A stretch of 64,000 nucleotides of DNA from a virus, in IMG/VR virus record IMGVR_UViG_3300046048_000227, positions 37,695 to 101,694 of that record; one strand, 5' to 3'. Below the pieces are notes generated by a model. It worked only from the letters and a program-made list of their open reading frames with translations, did not search any database and was not told the origin of the DNA. Made by a program: the position numbers and the translations under genes. Below, piece by piece: positions 47,527 to 56,795 of this stretch (its first letter is position 1; each line of letters begins with the position of its first letter).

Positions 47527-47870
47527 TTTATTTTTCCTCGTATTAAAATCTTCAAAGAGGCGAGGGCTTCCAGCTTTTTACTCCAGATGGTAGTTCTCGA
47601 TACCTCCAATATAGTACATATCTCTGTTTGTTTAAAACCAGCAGTTATTAGGGCAATTATAGCTTGTTGGTCTTCAGGCAAACAGTCAACAGCCTCCCAT
47701 AGAGCAACAGTATCTAGGTACTCTACGTGGCTATGGTCTGTCATATAATCCATTTCTTCTGGTAGCACTTGTTCCTCCTCACCTTCCAGGTAACTGTGCC
47801 AATAATGTTCTTTTTCTATGTAAAACTTTACTTTGTCAATCTCCAACAACCAAAGAGGGCTACTCATCAT
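47502..47870 (-). CDS. sigma-70 region 4 / ECF-like transcription factor
   Basis: LPEDQQAII.L...GFKQTEI...L.VSRTTI. Confidence 0.7.
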   Translation of the reverse strand: MMSSPLWLLEIDKVKFYIEKEHYWHSYLEGEEEQVLPEEMDYMTDHSHVEYLDTVALWEAVDCLPEDQQAIIALITAGFKQTEICTILEVSRTTIWSKKLEALASLKILIRGKIKCPDTMNA

Positions 47871-47898
47871 GCTCCTTTCAGCTATAATGTCCCGCTTA

Positions 47899-47961
47899 AT
47901 TATACCATAACAATCTTATTTTGTCCAGAACATTGACTCTTTGCGAGTTATGTAGTATAAT
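47899..47961. promoter_or_regulatory. back-to-back divergent promoters
   Basis: Minus TGGACA-17-TATAAT (47927-47899); plus TTGACT-17-TATAAT (47933-47961). Confidence 0.72.
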
Positions 47962-47998
47962 GATATCAAACATCTTGGTAGAGAAAAAGGAGTAGTAA

Positions 47999-48349
47999 AT
48001 GAATTTCAATCTTTGTATTTTTACAGGACGGTTGGGAAAAGACCCAGAGTTTAAAGAGCATGGGGAAACGCAAGTAGCTAAGTTCTCTTTAGCTGTTGAC
48101 AAGTATAACTCTGAAGAACCAAACTGGTTTAGGATCACAGCTTTTGGAAAGAACGCTGTAAACTTAACCAAACTGGCACATAAGGGTGATTTTGTCACTG
48201 TACTATGTCGGGCAGAAAATAGTACATACGAGAAAGAGGGAGAGACTAGGTACTCTACTGACTTTATTGTTGACCGTTGGGACTTAGTATTTACAGGCAA
48301 CACTGGTAACAGCAAAAATAAAGAAGAGGAAGAAGACTACGGTTTCTAA
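47999..48349 (+). CDS. ssb: single-stranded DNA-binding protein
   Basis: GRLGKDPE, FSLAV, KG..V, acidic C-terminal tail. Confidence 0.9.
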   Translation: MNFNLCIFTGRLGKDPEFKEHGETQVAKFSLAVDKYNSEEPNWFRITAFGKNAVNLTKLAHKGDFVTVLCRAENSTYEKEGETRYSTDFIVDRWDLVFTGNTGNSKNKEEEEDYGF

Positions 48350-48682
48350 ATGAAGGGAGCATATCCAAACCATGAGGACATGATCAAATTTCTGTCGGGG
48401 GAGACTGACTTAACCTCCGACAGAGATTGGTCAGCGGAAATTTTAATGTTCATTGCCCTTGCAATTAATGCTTGTAATCAATTGAAGAAACTAGGGTATG
48501 ATGCAAGGTTTAAGAACAGAAAAATAATATTACCCTCACTGGAACGTGCGTGGCGAGAAGCAATACATCAAAGACAACAACTACCTCTAACTTACTTTAC
48601 AGAAAACCCAGACAGTAAGGCAGTAGAGGTGACAAGGTTTGGGAACATTGAAAACAAAACCAAAGGTAGAGATATGGACTGA
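48350..48682 (+). CDS. hypothetical protein
   Basis: 110-aa ORF in the operon. Confidence 0.55.
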   Translation: MKGAYPNHEDMIKFLSGETDLTSDRDWSAEILMFIALAINACNQLKKLGYDARFKNRKIILPSLERAWREAIHQRQQLPLTYFTENPDSKAVEVTRFGNIENKTKGRDMD

Positions 48683-49178
48683 TGGTTCAGTATACCCGCA
48701 AAATCCAGGTACAGGTGGGTGGGGAGTAGTCTTAATATACGACCACCCAGACAATACCAGAACGATTTTACAAAAAAACGGTACTATGGAAGATGGTGAA
48801 GTTACTAAAAGTGACGGGACTACTGTTATAGGGACAACGAACAATCAGGCAGAAGCGCAAGCATTAATAGAAGGAATTAAATTACTCAACAAACCTGCAA
48901 TAGTTAATATAATTACAGACAGCAGGTATGTTGAGATTTGTTATAAAAAAACTATGGCAGGAAATCTTCCTAATAAGAACAAAGAGGTTTGGAAAGAGGC
49001 TAGGAAAGCTGTAAAAAACGGTAAACACGTTGTATCTATAACGAGGGTAAAAGGGCACTCTAACTTTCGTTTTAATACTATGGCAGATAAACTAGCATAC
49101 GCCGCTGCCACTAAACAAGAACCTATTGAAATAAGGGAACAGCACAATGGACATAAACCGACCTTTGAGGATATATAG
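48639..49178 (+). CDS. rnhA: ribonuclease HI
   Basis: TDGS..NPG.GGWG, TNNQAE, TDSRYV, VKGHS...N..ADKLA. Confidence 0.9.
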   Translation: MGTLKTKPKVEIWTDGSVYPQNPGTGGWGVVLIYDHPDNTRTILQKNGTMEDGEVTKSDGTTVIGTTNNQAEAQALIEGIKLLNKPAIVNIITDSRYVEICYKKTMAGNLPNKNKEVWKEARKAVKNGKHVVSITRVKGHSNFRFNTMADKLAYAAATKQEPIEIREQHNGHKPTFEDI

Positions 49179-49461
49179 AGAAACCAACTACATGCTCTGT
49201 GTTGACAGAGACTTGGCTTCTTGCGTTATCTGTTGGTTTAATGAAGGAGTTAAAACACCGTACAACCATGTTCACCACGTAATGGGGAGAGGAACAGAAG
49301 CAGGAGATACTAGAGAGCATTACAAAAGTTTGATGTGCGTGTGTGCTGATTGTCACCCATCTCCAGCACAAGACGCTGGAAGTAAACAACGATGGGTTAT
49401 CGACCTTTTGGATAAAGCTAATAGCACTCCAATAAACAAAAGTTTTGAACATCAAGAATGA
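49147..49461 (+). CDS. HNH endonuclease-like protein
   Basis: RD..CVIC...HHV..RG...LMCVCADCH. Confidence 0.75.
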   Translation: MDINRPLRIYRETNYMLCVDRDLASCVICWFNEGVKTPYNHVHHVMGRGTEAGDTREHYKSLMCVCADCHPSPAQDAGSKQRWVIDLLDKANSTPINKSFEHQE

Positions 49462-49904
49462 TTATAAAGCTTTCCCCTAGTGATTACGAGCTAGTCTGTG
49501 AGTTTACTATTCCTGGAAAGCTACCCAGAAAATCTAATTCTAGGATATTTGTTGGTACCAAAGGTACTCCTAGATTAATTAAAAGTAAAGAAGCAATTGC
49601 ATATGTAAAGAACCTTACAGAAGAAGTGTCGGAAGAGTACAGAAATGAGATAGGATCGCTAACGGAACACCTGCTTGTTGTAGCAAATGTGTATTATCCG
49701 TCTAGAAGATCAGACCTTTCAACAGAGCTATTATTAGATGGGCTAGAGGAAATAGGGGTTTTTAAAAATGACCGCTATGTAACAGAGAAGCTGGAATCTG
49801 GCTTAGTTGATCCAGATAACCCAAGGGCAGAGGTACAGGTTTACAAGGTTCTTAACAATCACACGCCTATTAAGGTTATCTTGGAGGATGACAATGACGA
49901 ATAG
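49458..49904 (+). CDS. rusA: RusA-like Holliday junction resolvase
   Basis: IPGK..RKSN, RRSDL...LLDGL..GV..ND, DPDNPR. Confidence 0.75.
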   Translation: MIIKLSPSDYELVCEFTIPGKLPRKSNSRIFVGTKGTPRLIKSKEAIAYVKNLTEEVSEEYRNEIGSLTEHLLVVANVYYPSRRSDLSTELLLDGLEEIGVFKNDRYVTEKLESGLVDPDNPRAEVQVYKVLNNHTPIKVILEDDNDE

Positions 49905-51795
49905 TTGGTTTCCTAATAAGTTTGCTGAAGATATATGGAGGAAAAAGTATGCGGGGAAGTACGCAGAAGGACTAAAAGTAAAAGAATATTTTAAAGACAT
50001 GGCAACTACAGTTGCTTTGGGGGATAAAGAGCTTGAGAAAAAGTTCTTTGATATCTTATTTGGTAAGAAGTTTTCTCCTGGTGGAAGGATACTTGCTTGG
50101 ATAGGAAGACCAAACTCAAAAGTATCCTTAATGAATTGCACAACTCACAGTATTGAAGAAGACACAATAGAAGCTATAGCTGATACTACCTACTCTGTTA
50201 TGCGTGCTAGCAGCAGAGGTCAGGGTATTGGCATTAATTTATCTAAACTTAGACCTGCTAATGCTCCAGTAAATAACTCAGCGATAACCTCTACTGGTTC
50301 GATTTCCTTTATGGAATTAATAAATCATGCTGGAGGGATTATAGGGCAGCAAGGACGACGCGCTGCCCTGTTGTTTAGCTTAGACATTGATCATCCTGAT
50401 TTATGGAGACCAGAGAACTTAGACCTAGAATGTACTAATTGTTCTGGAAAGGGTTGTATGAGGTGCAGAGGAAAGGGGAAGTTTCCCTACGATTTTCTAA
50501 ATGTTAAAAAGGTAGCAGGAAAAATAGAGAATGCAAACATATCAGTCAATATATCTGACGTTTTTATGCAGGCAGTGGATGACGATGCTATGTGGGAAAT
50601 GAAATTCAGTGGGGATAGCGATGGTGAAAGTTTTTCTGATTCATCAAAAGTACCAGCAAGAGCACTGTTTAACGCTCTGGCTAGCTCTGCTTTTGTGTCT
50701 GCTGAGCCTGGAGTTTTGTTTACGGATAACACAGTAAAGTACTCTAACTCCGATCTATTTGGTAAGCGATGGAAAGTTGTAGGAGTAAACGCTTGCACAG
50801 AACAATTATTAGATCAAGACGGTGTTTGTAACTTAGGATCAATGAACCTAGCAGCCTACGTAGAAAATGCTTTTACAGGTGCTGCTAGTTTTGATTCAGA
50901 AAGTTTTATGGAAGATGTTGACACTGCAATAAGGTTCTTAGATAACGTAATAGATATTGAAGTAAAACGAGGATTTTCTATTAGTGATAGCCAGAGAGAG
51001 TCTTTAGTATTCCTGAGAAGGATAGGTCTTGGGGTAATGGGGTATGCTGATACTCTAACAATGATGAACCTACAGTACACTCACGATGCACCAACTATTA
51101 CTTTCACTAAAAGAATCTTTTCAATGTTACGGGACAGTTCATATTTAGCCTCTATAGCTGTTGGAAAAGAAAAAGGAAAAGCTTTAGCATGGCATACTAC
51201 CCCAGGGCTTGATACAAAAAGTATAGTGTCTGGTGGTTTTTTCAAAACACTACCAGCTAAAATAAAAGAGTATATAATAGAGTACGGGACTAGAAATATA
51301 ACTACAATGTGCATAGCCCCTACTGGTTCTATATCTAATTTGTATGGGGTATCCTCTGGTATTGAGCCTCTTTTTGCACTGGAGTATACACGTAGAACAC
51401 GTATGAACGGGCATGAAGAATACGTAAACTACGTGCATCCGTCTGTCCAGAGATCAAGAGATTTAAAACTCCCCGATAATATCTGGAAAACCGCTTATGA
51501 AGTAACCCCAGTAGACCACGTAATGATACAAGCTTTAATTCAAAACTACGTAGATCAATCCATTAGCAAAACAACCAACTTACCAGAAACTGCTACAGTA
51601 GAGGATGTTGCCACTGTATATAAACTTGCCCATGAGATGGGCTTAAAAGGCATGGCTGTGTACGTTAATGGAAGTAGGGATAAACAAATACTATATGAAG
51701 CTACACAATGCCCAGAGTGTGAAGATGGTGGAAATGTTATAGAGGAGGGAAGTTGCAAAACCTGTGTTGCTTGTGGCTGGTCAATGTGTACCTAA
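49894..51795 (+). CDS. nrdJ: class II (B12-dependent) ribonucleotide reductase
   Basis: PGGRIL, NC, RRAA, EPG, NACTE, CNLGS.NL, GLGVMG, APTG, DQSISKT, C-terminal CPEC..C..CG.S.C; no class I beta subunit nearby. Confidence 0.9.
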   Translation: MTNSWFPNKFAEDIWRKKYAGKYAEGLKVKEYFKDMATTVALGDKELEKKFFDILFGKKFSPGGRILAWIGRPNSKVSLMNCTTHSIEEDTIEAIADTTYSVMRASSRGQGIGINLSKLRPANAPVNNSAITSTGSISFMELINHAGGIIGQQGRRAALLFSLDIDHPDLWRPENLDLECTNCSGKGCMRCRGKGKFPYDFLNVKKVAGKIENANISVNISDVFMQAVDDDAMWEMKFSGDSDGESFSDSSKVPARALFNALASSAFVSAEPGVLFTDNTVKYSNSDLFGKRWKVVGVNACTEQLLDQDGVCNLGSMNLAAYVENAFTGAASFDSESFMEDVDTAIRFLDNVIDIEVKRGFSISDSQRESLVFLRRIGLGVMGYADTLTMMNLQYTHDAPTITFTKRIFSMLRDSSYLASIAVGKEKGKALAWHTTPGLDTKSIVSGGFFKTLPAKIKEYIIEYGTRNITTMCIAPTGSISNLYGVSSGIEPLFALEYTRRTRMNGHEEYVNYVHPSVQRSRDLKLPDNIWKTAYEVTPVDHVMIQALIQNYVDQSISKTTNLPETATVEDVATVYKLAHEMGLKGMAVYVNGSRDKQILYEATQCPECEDGGNVIEEGSCKTCVACGWSMCT

Positions 51796-51797
51796 CA

Positions 51798-51841
51798 CTA
51801 GTTACAGAATACTTGACTCTAGTTACAGAATATGGTAAAAT
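51798..51841 (+). promoter_or_regulatory. promoter embedded in a 14-bp direct repeat
   Basis: CTAGTTACAGAATA at 51798 and 51819; TTGACT-17-TAAAAT. Confidence 0.7.
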
Positions 51842-51847
51842 ATATTA

Positions 51848-52744
51848 ATGGATTACACAACATATGCTACAGAGAACGATGTTTGCTGGCAGTATAAGGT
51901 AAAGCAAAGTACGGTCTTAGAGGATTACAGCAAATACGGCTTGTCTCCAGGAGACATTTCTGTAAAAGACTTAAGGTTTAAGTACATCCCTAATACTAGC
52001 AAGAAAGTTAAGGATGTAAAAAATTTCATAGAAAGATATGAGTGGCTAGGCAAGATGCCTGTATGGGTCACTCATAGATTCGGAGCATACTTCAATGACT
52101 TGTTAGTATGCTCTGTTGTTATGGCTACACCAAATAGCTTTTCAAATATGCTAGGCAAAGAGAATAAGAACAGGGAAAAACTTATCTCTAGAGGTGCCTC
52201 TATTTCGTTTGCACCAAAAAACGTAGCTTCTTGGACAATAATGAATAGCATACGTTGGATGGCAAAGAATACAGACTTTGTTTTCTTTACCGCCTACTCC
52301 GATCCCATGGCAAACGAACTTGGTACTGTGTACCAAGCATGTAATTTTATATACTTAGGAAATACATACGGCGGAAGCAAAGTATTTGTACATCCAGAGA
52401 CTGGACAGATGTACAGTTCAAGTTATTTCAATCAGAGAAGCGTTATAAAGAAAATTGCTATTGCTTCTGGAGTACAGTGGCAGCAAGAGTACATTAAACC
52501 TAATAGGTCAGGCTCTAAGAGGATAATAAATTGGGATGCTATACCTAAACCACTAATAGCTTACATAAAAGAGAAAGTTAAAGAAGAGAAGAGCAGGTAC
52601 CACGAGGTACTTACTATGCCCAAGCATAAGTATGGGTATATCTTAGGAGAAAATAAGACAGAAACCAAGTACTTCAAAAGGTTATTTGCTGACCTAAACC
52701 CTGAACTAGTAAATTTACCTTATCCAGGAGTACGAGGACTATGA
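51848..52744 (+). CDS. Mom-like (GNAT-fold) DNA modification protein
   Basis: AYSDP...E.GTVYQACNF.YLG and KHKY motifs recall the Mom family. Confidence 0.65.
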   Translation: MDYTTYATENDVCWQYKVKQSTVLEDYSKYGLSPGDISVKDLRFKYIPNTSKKVKDVKNFIERYEWLGKMPVWVTHRFGAYFNDLLVCSVVMATPNSFSNMLGKENKNREKLISRGASISFAPKNVASWTIMNSIRWMAKNTDFVFFTAYSDPMANELGTVYQACNFIYLGNTYGGSKVFVHPETGQMYSSSYFNQRSVIKKIAIASGVQWQQEYIKPNRSGSKRIINWDAIPKPLIAYIKEKVKEEKSRYHEVLTMPKHKYGYILGENKTETKYFKRLFADLNPELVNLPYPGVRGL

Positions 52745-52980
52745 AAACTTTAACAGGAATAATAACTACCCTAGAGAGAATGAATACTAACTGGAACAAT
52801 AAGTATATGTTATTCGCTGACAGTGGCTATTTATGTATTATTAACCGTGATGACGGACATGTTATACGAACCTTTGAAAATATTGTATGCGATGGAGGAG
52901 ACCCAGACGATATATATATTGATGGTGAAAGGTACTTAAAACACTATTACTACTTATCTAAAGGAGAAGCGATAGGATGA
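52741..52980 (+). CDS. hypothetical protein
   Basis: 79 aa, CDGGDPD. Confidence 0.6.
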   Translation: MKTLTGIITTLERMNTNWNNKYMLFADSGYLCIINRDDGHVIRTFENIVCDGGDPDDIYIDGERYLKHYYYLSKGEAIG

Positions 52981-53546
52981 ATAACGGAATTAAAAAAGTG
53001 ATAACGGCTATACTATTCTTGTTGTTGTTTGCTGGTTTGATTGCTTTTGAGATGTTTAACTTTGAGACTACTAAGACTGCTCTTACCTATATCATGGGAA
53101 CCACGCTCTTTCTTGGAATATCCAGAGCAGCGTGGTTAGCACTAGGTGCTTGTGCAATGGATTTTGGTGGCTTATCTAGAATGTTTACAGCAGAGAAGAG
53201 ATTTGCTAAAGAATCTATGGAAGTTAAAGCTATGTTCCTAGCTTGGCTTGCTGCATCCTTCTTCAATGCGATCCTTACATGGTGGGTTATTATGGTAGCC
53301 CTAGAGGAAGCAGGAAGAACGTTGCCAACAATGCTTGTCGGATATGAACCTTATATAGCGTTTGGTATTGCTACGTTTGTGTGGCTGATCAGGATACTTA
53401 CTGTGTTTGGCTTTGCTACTGCTGGAGATAACTTTGATGTTAGTTTTCCTTCTTTTAGTTTACCAAAAAAAGGCAGAATTACTTCATATCAACCAAAACA
53501 ACCTACGACAGCACCACAAGCTCTTAGCTTAAAAAAAGTAAGGTAA
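52977..53546 (+). CDS. four-TM membrane protein, probably extended by frameshift into an HTH
   Basis: Four hydrophobic segments; ends just after an A7 run. Confidence 0.7.
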   Translation: MNNGIKKVITAILFLLLFAGLIAFEMFNFETTKTALTYIMGTTLFLGISRAAWLALGACAMDFGGLSRMFTAEKRFAKESMEVKAMFLAWLAASFFNAILTWWVIMVALEEAGRTLPTMLVGYEPYIAFGIATFVWLIRILTVFGFATAGDNFDVSFPSFSLPKKGRITSYQPKQPTTAPQALSLKKVR

Positions 53547-53680
53547 GACCTGCTAAGGGAAAGCTACTAAAGCGGGTCGAGAAACTTATGGGCAGCCTAT
53601 CTCCGGCAGAGATAGGTAAAAAGCTTGGTAAATCTGAAAGAACGATCTATAGATATATAGAGGAAATAAATAAACAATGA
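53531..53680 (+). CDS. helix-turn-helix segment in the -1 frame (not in the ORF track)
   Basis: Translates to ...LMGSLSPAEIGKKLGKSERTIYRYIEEINKQ*; its stop overlaps the next ATG (ATGA). Confidence 0.6.
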   Translation, partial: KKSKVRPAKGKLLKRVEKLMGSLSPAEIGKKLGKSERTIYRYIEEINKQ

Positions 53681-53892
53681 GTAACTACAAAGGTTTGACG
53701 ATTTATGGAAGCGTTTCAGAATACGAAGATACTTTTTATTGTGATGGGATTGCTGTATTTACCCCACTAGACATGGAGGAAAGAAGGCTGTTTATAAATT
53801 GTATTAATATTGCAGAGTCAGTATTTGAGCGCAAGCTAACCTTAAAACAAGTAAACAGAATTATATACTTAATAAATAACAGAGAAAGATAG
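53677..53892 (+). CDS. hypothetical protein
   Basis: 71 aa. Confidence 0.5.
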   Translation: MSNYKGLTIYGSVSEYEDTFYCDGIAVFTPLDMEERRLFINCINIAESVFERKLTLKQVNRIIYLINNRER

Positions 53893-53899
53893 GAGAGGT

Positions 53900-54106
53900 A
53901 TGTCATTTAAATTAATAGCATTAATGGATGGGAAAGAAGTAAAATCACACATGGTATTAAAATCAGATACTAATCCAACACATACTATGTGCGGCTTAGA
54001 AATACGTAGGCACACAATGGCGAAGCTAGTTCCTACTCCAAATACGTGCATGAACTGCTTCACCATTGCAGCTAAAGATAAAGGGAAGATTACTAAAGAA
54101 ACTTAG
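53900..54106 (+). CDS. small Cys/His protein
   Basis: H...CG...CxxC; GGAGAGG RBS. Confidence 0.55.
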   Translation: MSFKLIALMDGKEVKSHMVLKSDTNPTHTMCGLEIRRHTMAKLVPTPNTCMNCFTIAAKDKGKITKET

Positions 54107-54551
54107 AAAGGTCACTAGCAACACGTATTCCTTTTCTATCTTCTTTTGTAACGAACTCTTGGTCTGGATCGTTTATTGCAAGTTCAGCTACTTTATCAGT
54201 ATCTGAGATAGTTAATAGGTAGGCTAGGTTATGATCCAAGCACCACTTAACAGCCTTATCCGTATCTGTAATAATATACGTAGGAGATACTGTGGCAGTA
54301 AGAACAGAAGTAATCTTCTGAATCCCCGTTTCTTTGAAAAGACGGTGAGAAATGACTAGTAGCTTTTCTCTTATCTTTCTCTCTCTTGCTCCTGTTTCTG
54401 TTATCGCAGCCTTTACTTTAGCGTACTTAGTTTCTAACTCTAGTTCTTTCTTAGAATCTTGTGCATTCTTTTTCCTAACAGAGTTTGCTGCTAAAGCTTT
54501 CAATAGCCTGTTAACCCTAGTCATATCTTTCCTTACTTCTGCTTTGTCCAT
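54093..54551 (-). CDS. coiled-coil protein, possibly Gam/Gp157-like
   Basis: AAGGAG RBS before ATG 54551; own promoter; helical N-terminus, D.DKAVKW motif. Confidence 0.5.
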   Translation of the reverse strand: MDKAEVRKDMTRVNRLLKALAANSVRKKNAQDSKKELELETKYAKVKAAITETGARERKIREKLLVISHRLFKETGIQKITSVLTATVSPTYIITDTDKAVKWCLDHNLAYLLTISDTDKVAELAINDPDQEFVTKEDRKGIRVASDLSKFL

Positions 54552-54568
54552 AACACGCTCCTTTTCTA

Positions 54569-54623
54569 CAATTATATCATGGAAGATACCCATTGACAAG
54601 ACTGAATCCTCATGATATAATTG
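54569..54623. promoter_or_regulatory. symmetric divergent promoter with overlapping -35 boxes
   Basis: Plus TTGACA-17-TATAAT; minus TTGTCA-17-TATAAT; 13-bp inverted repeat CAATTATATCATG/CATGATATAATTG. Confidence 0.78.
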
Positions 54624-54645
54624 ACCCATAAACTAGGAGATTAAA

Positions 54646-54780
54646 ATGTACACAGGTCGATACAGCGGGCCACCAACAAGAAGATTAAAGAGCACAGGAA
54701 CAGGTTGTTGCGGTTGCTCAACTCTAGTAATTATGCTGGTTTGCGTAGCTATTTTGTCTGCAATACTAATAGGAGTTTAA
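54646..54780 (+). CDS. small membrane peptide (44 aa, not in the ORF track)
   Basis: AGGAG RBS; MYTGRYSGPP...GCCGCSTLVIMLVCVAILSAILIGV. Confidence 0.55.
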   Translation: MYTGRYSGPPTRRLKSTGTGCCGCSTLVIMLVCVAILSAILIGV

Positions 54781-54963
54781 ATGTTACCAGAGATTTTACT
54801 TATTTACTTACTAATTGGTACTATACTTGTAGGGATATCTGTACTACTTGGAGTGAAAGAAGGAAAGATAAAGCTTGAGTTAGCTACAGTTATTGCTATT
54901 TTTCTTTGTATTATTGGATGGCCCGTTTTAGTAGGTTCTGCTATTTATAGGAAAGCACGATGA
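54781..54963 (+). CDS. small membrane protein
   Basis: Two TM segments. Confidence 0.55.
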   Translation: MLPEILLIYLLIGTILVGISVLLGVKEGKIKLELATVIAIFLCIIGWPVLVGSAIYRKAR

Positions 54964-55229
54964 AAACTTTAGAAGTCACTGTATCAGACAACGGAGAACT
55001 ATTAAATATAAGCGCAATATCTAACTTACAGATTAATACATTTAGGATTAAATATATATCTGTGTTAAGCCTAGTAAAAATGGGGGGTAGTTATTACGTT
55101 ACTATTGAGCTTTCTAACAGGGAAGAATATAGTTATTATATATCTGGCGAAAACGAAAAAGCAGAAGAAGAAGCCAAAGAATTGTATAACACTTTGAGAG
55201 GAATACTAGCTGACTATGTTCAGAGGTGA
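54960..55229 (+). CDS. hypothetical protein
   Basis: 89 aa, ATGA coupling. Confidence 0.55.
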   Translation: MKTLEVTVSDNGELLNISAISNLQINTFRIKYISVLSLVKMGGSYYVTIELSNREEYSYYISGENEKAEEEAKELYNTLRGILADYVQR

Positions 55230-55662
55230 CTTTAAACAAACAACAAAAATATGCCAGGAAGTAGAGAATTTTGGCAAAGATACAGAAGACTTAATAGATG
55301 AGCTTTTTACTTTATGCTCCGACGAAGCGCATATAGGATTAGCTGCACCTCAAATAGGCGTTGATAAAAGAGTTTTTGTAGTAACCTACGAAGACATAGT
55401 AGACGCCTTTGTAAATCCACAAGTAACTATTTTAGTTCCATACACCTTTAGTCACTGGGAAGAATGCCTATCTCTCCCTACTATTACTGCGCTAGTTGAT
55501 AGGTACTATAAGATAAAAATAGTATACTTAGATCGTGAAGGCAGGACAAGAACAAGAGTTTTACAAGAATTTAAAGCTGCTGTAATCCAGCACGAAATGG
55601 ATCACCTAGTAGGAAAAATGATACACACAGTAGGAAGTCAAGTACAAAGGGTAGAGAGATGA
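55216..55662 (+). CDS. def: peptide deformylase
   Basis: IGLAAPQIG, EECLS, QHEMDHL.G. Confidence 0.9.
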   Translation: MFRGDFKQTTKICQEVENFGKDTEDLIDELFTLCSDEAHIGLAAPQIGVDKRVFVVTYEDIVDAFVNPQVTILVPYTFSHWEECLSLPTITALVDRYYKIKIVYLDREGRTRTRVLQEFKAAVIQHEMDHLVGKMIHTVGSQVQRVER

Positions 55663-55716
55663 CAACTAGTAGCCCTATTTCAAAACTAACACAACACCTA
55701 AAGGAGAATAGTAACA

Positions 55717-56316
55717 ATGGCAAAGACTAATACAATTCAAGCAATTTTTTTGCTAGATGAATCAGGTTCTATGAACACGGTCAAAAAACAGGTTATCAGC
55801 GGGTTTTATGAGTATCTTCGATCTCTTAAAGAAAGAAAAGACAAGGTTAAATTTACCCTTACTCTATTTAACTCTGACAAGATAGAGCACAGGTACATAA
55901 GCAAAAATATTAAAAAGGTTGAAGACCTTACAGAGGAAAACTACCAACCAGACATGCTAACTCCTCTATATGATGCTATTGTGCATACTATCAAAGCAGT
56001 GGAAAAAGCTGTGGGCAAAGATGACATTGTTTTGTTTGCCATTCAAACTGATGGTATGGAAAATTTCAGTAAGGAGTGTGAGCCAAAACTGGTTGGTGAG
56101 CTTATTAAGGAAAAACAAGATGCCGGATGGGAGTTTGTATTCTTAGGTGCTGATCAAGATGCTTTCTTAGCTAGCAATGCTATAGGTATTCATAATAGTA
56201 TTAATTACGAAAGTAGAGAAACCTTTTCTACACTCACCAGTCTAGCACAAGATACAAACCAGTACTTAGACAGAAAACAAGCAGACCCTGATGCTAAATG
56301 GGATCAGTCCACATGA
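55717..56316 (+). CDS. von Willebrand factor A domain protein
   Basis: LDESGSM (MIDAS), TPLYDAI, TDG.EN.S, FLGA. Confidence 0.88.
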   Translation: MAKTNTIQAIFLLDESGSMNTVKKQVISGFYEYLRSLKERKDKVKFTLTLFNSDKIEHRYISKNIKKVEDLTEENYQPDMLTPLYDAIVHTIKAVEKAVGKDDIVLFAIQTDGMENFSKECEPKLVGELIKEKQDAGWEFVFLGADQDAFLASNAIGIHNSINYESRETFSTLTSLAQDTNQYLDRKQADPDAKWDQST

Positions 56317-56636
56317 TGATAGACGCTGGTGAACGTGTTGCTGTCTCTATTACTAAAGATGATGGAGAGATAATAGACTTTGCTGGACTTGTAAGTTCTC
56401 TGTCGTGTAACATGCACTATGATGGTCTTGTTACTCTAGACTTAGAGATTACTGGTACAGCAAAGGATATCTTTAATACTACAGCAGACGAAAAAGCTAA
56501 AAAGTACAAGAAAAGAAAAGAAGAAAAAGAGTGGCTATGTATTTATTGTGGTACTGTAAACAACTGGAATGATAAAGTTTGCGGAGAAAATGTAAGATAT
56601 GGATGTGATGCAAGAAGACCTTGGGAGTATGATTAA
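56313..56636 (+). CDS. hypothetical protein with RanBP2-like zinc finger
   Basis: WLCIYCGTVN...C...C..RRP; ATGA-coupled start. Confidence 0.55.
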   Translation: MMIDAGERVAVSITKDDGEIIDFAGLVSSLSCNMHYDGLVTLDLEITGTAKDIFNTTADEKAKKYKKRKEEKEWLCIYCGTVNNWNDKVCGENVRYGCDARRPWEYD

Positions 56637-56795
56637 CCTATGCTAGACAGTGAAAACCAACGAAGACGAGAGTTCTGGGGAGCTTGTCTGTTCAATACAT
56701 TCCTATATTTAATCCTAGTAACTGGAGGTTGTGCGTTAGGAATTTTTGTATTGTACTTGTTCGCTTACTTTATAATATAAGAGAGAGTATAACAA

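Noticed and set aside
49807-49893. N-terminal extension of the RNR
   Set aside because: It overlaps rusA; the GGAGG RBS supports ATG 49894.
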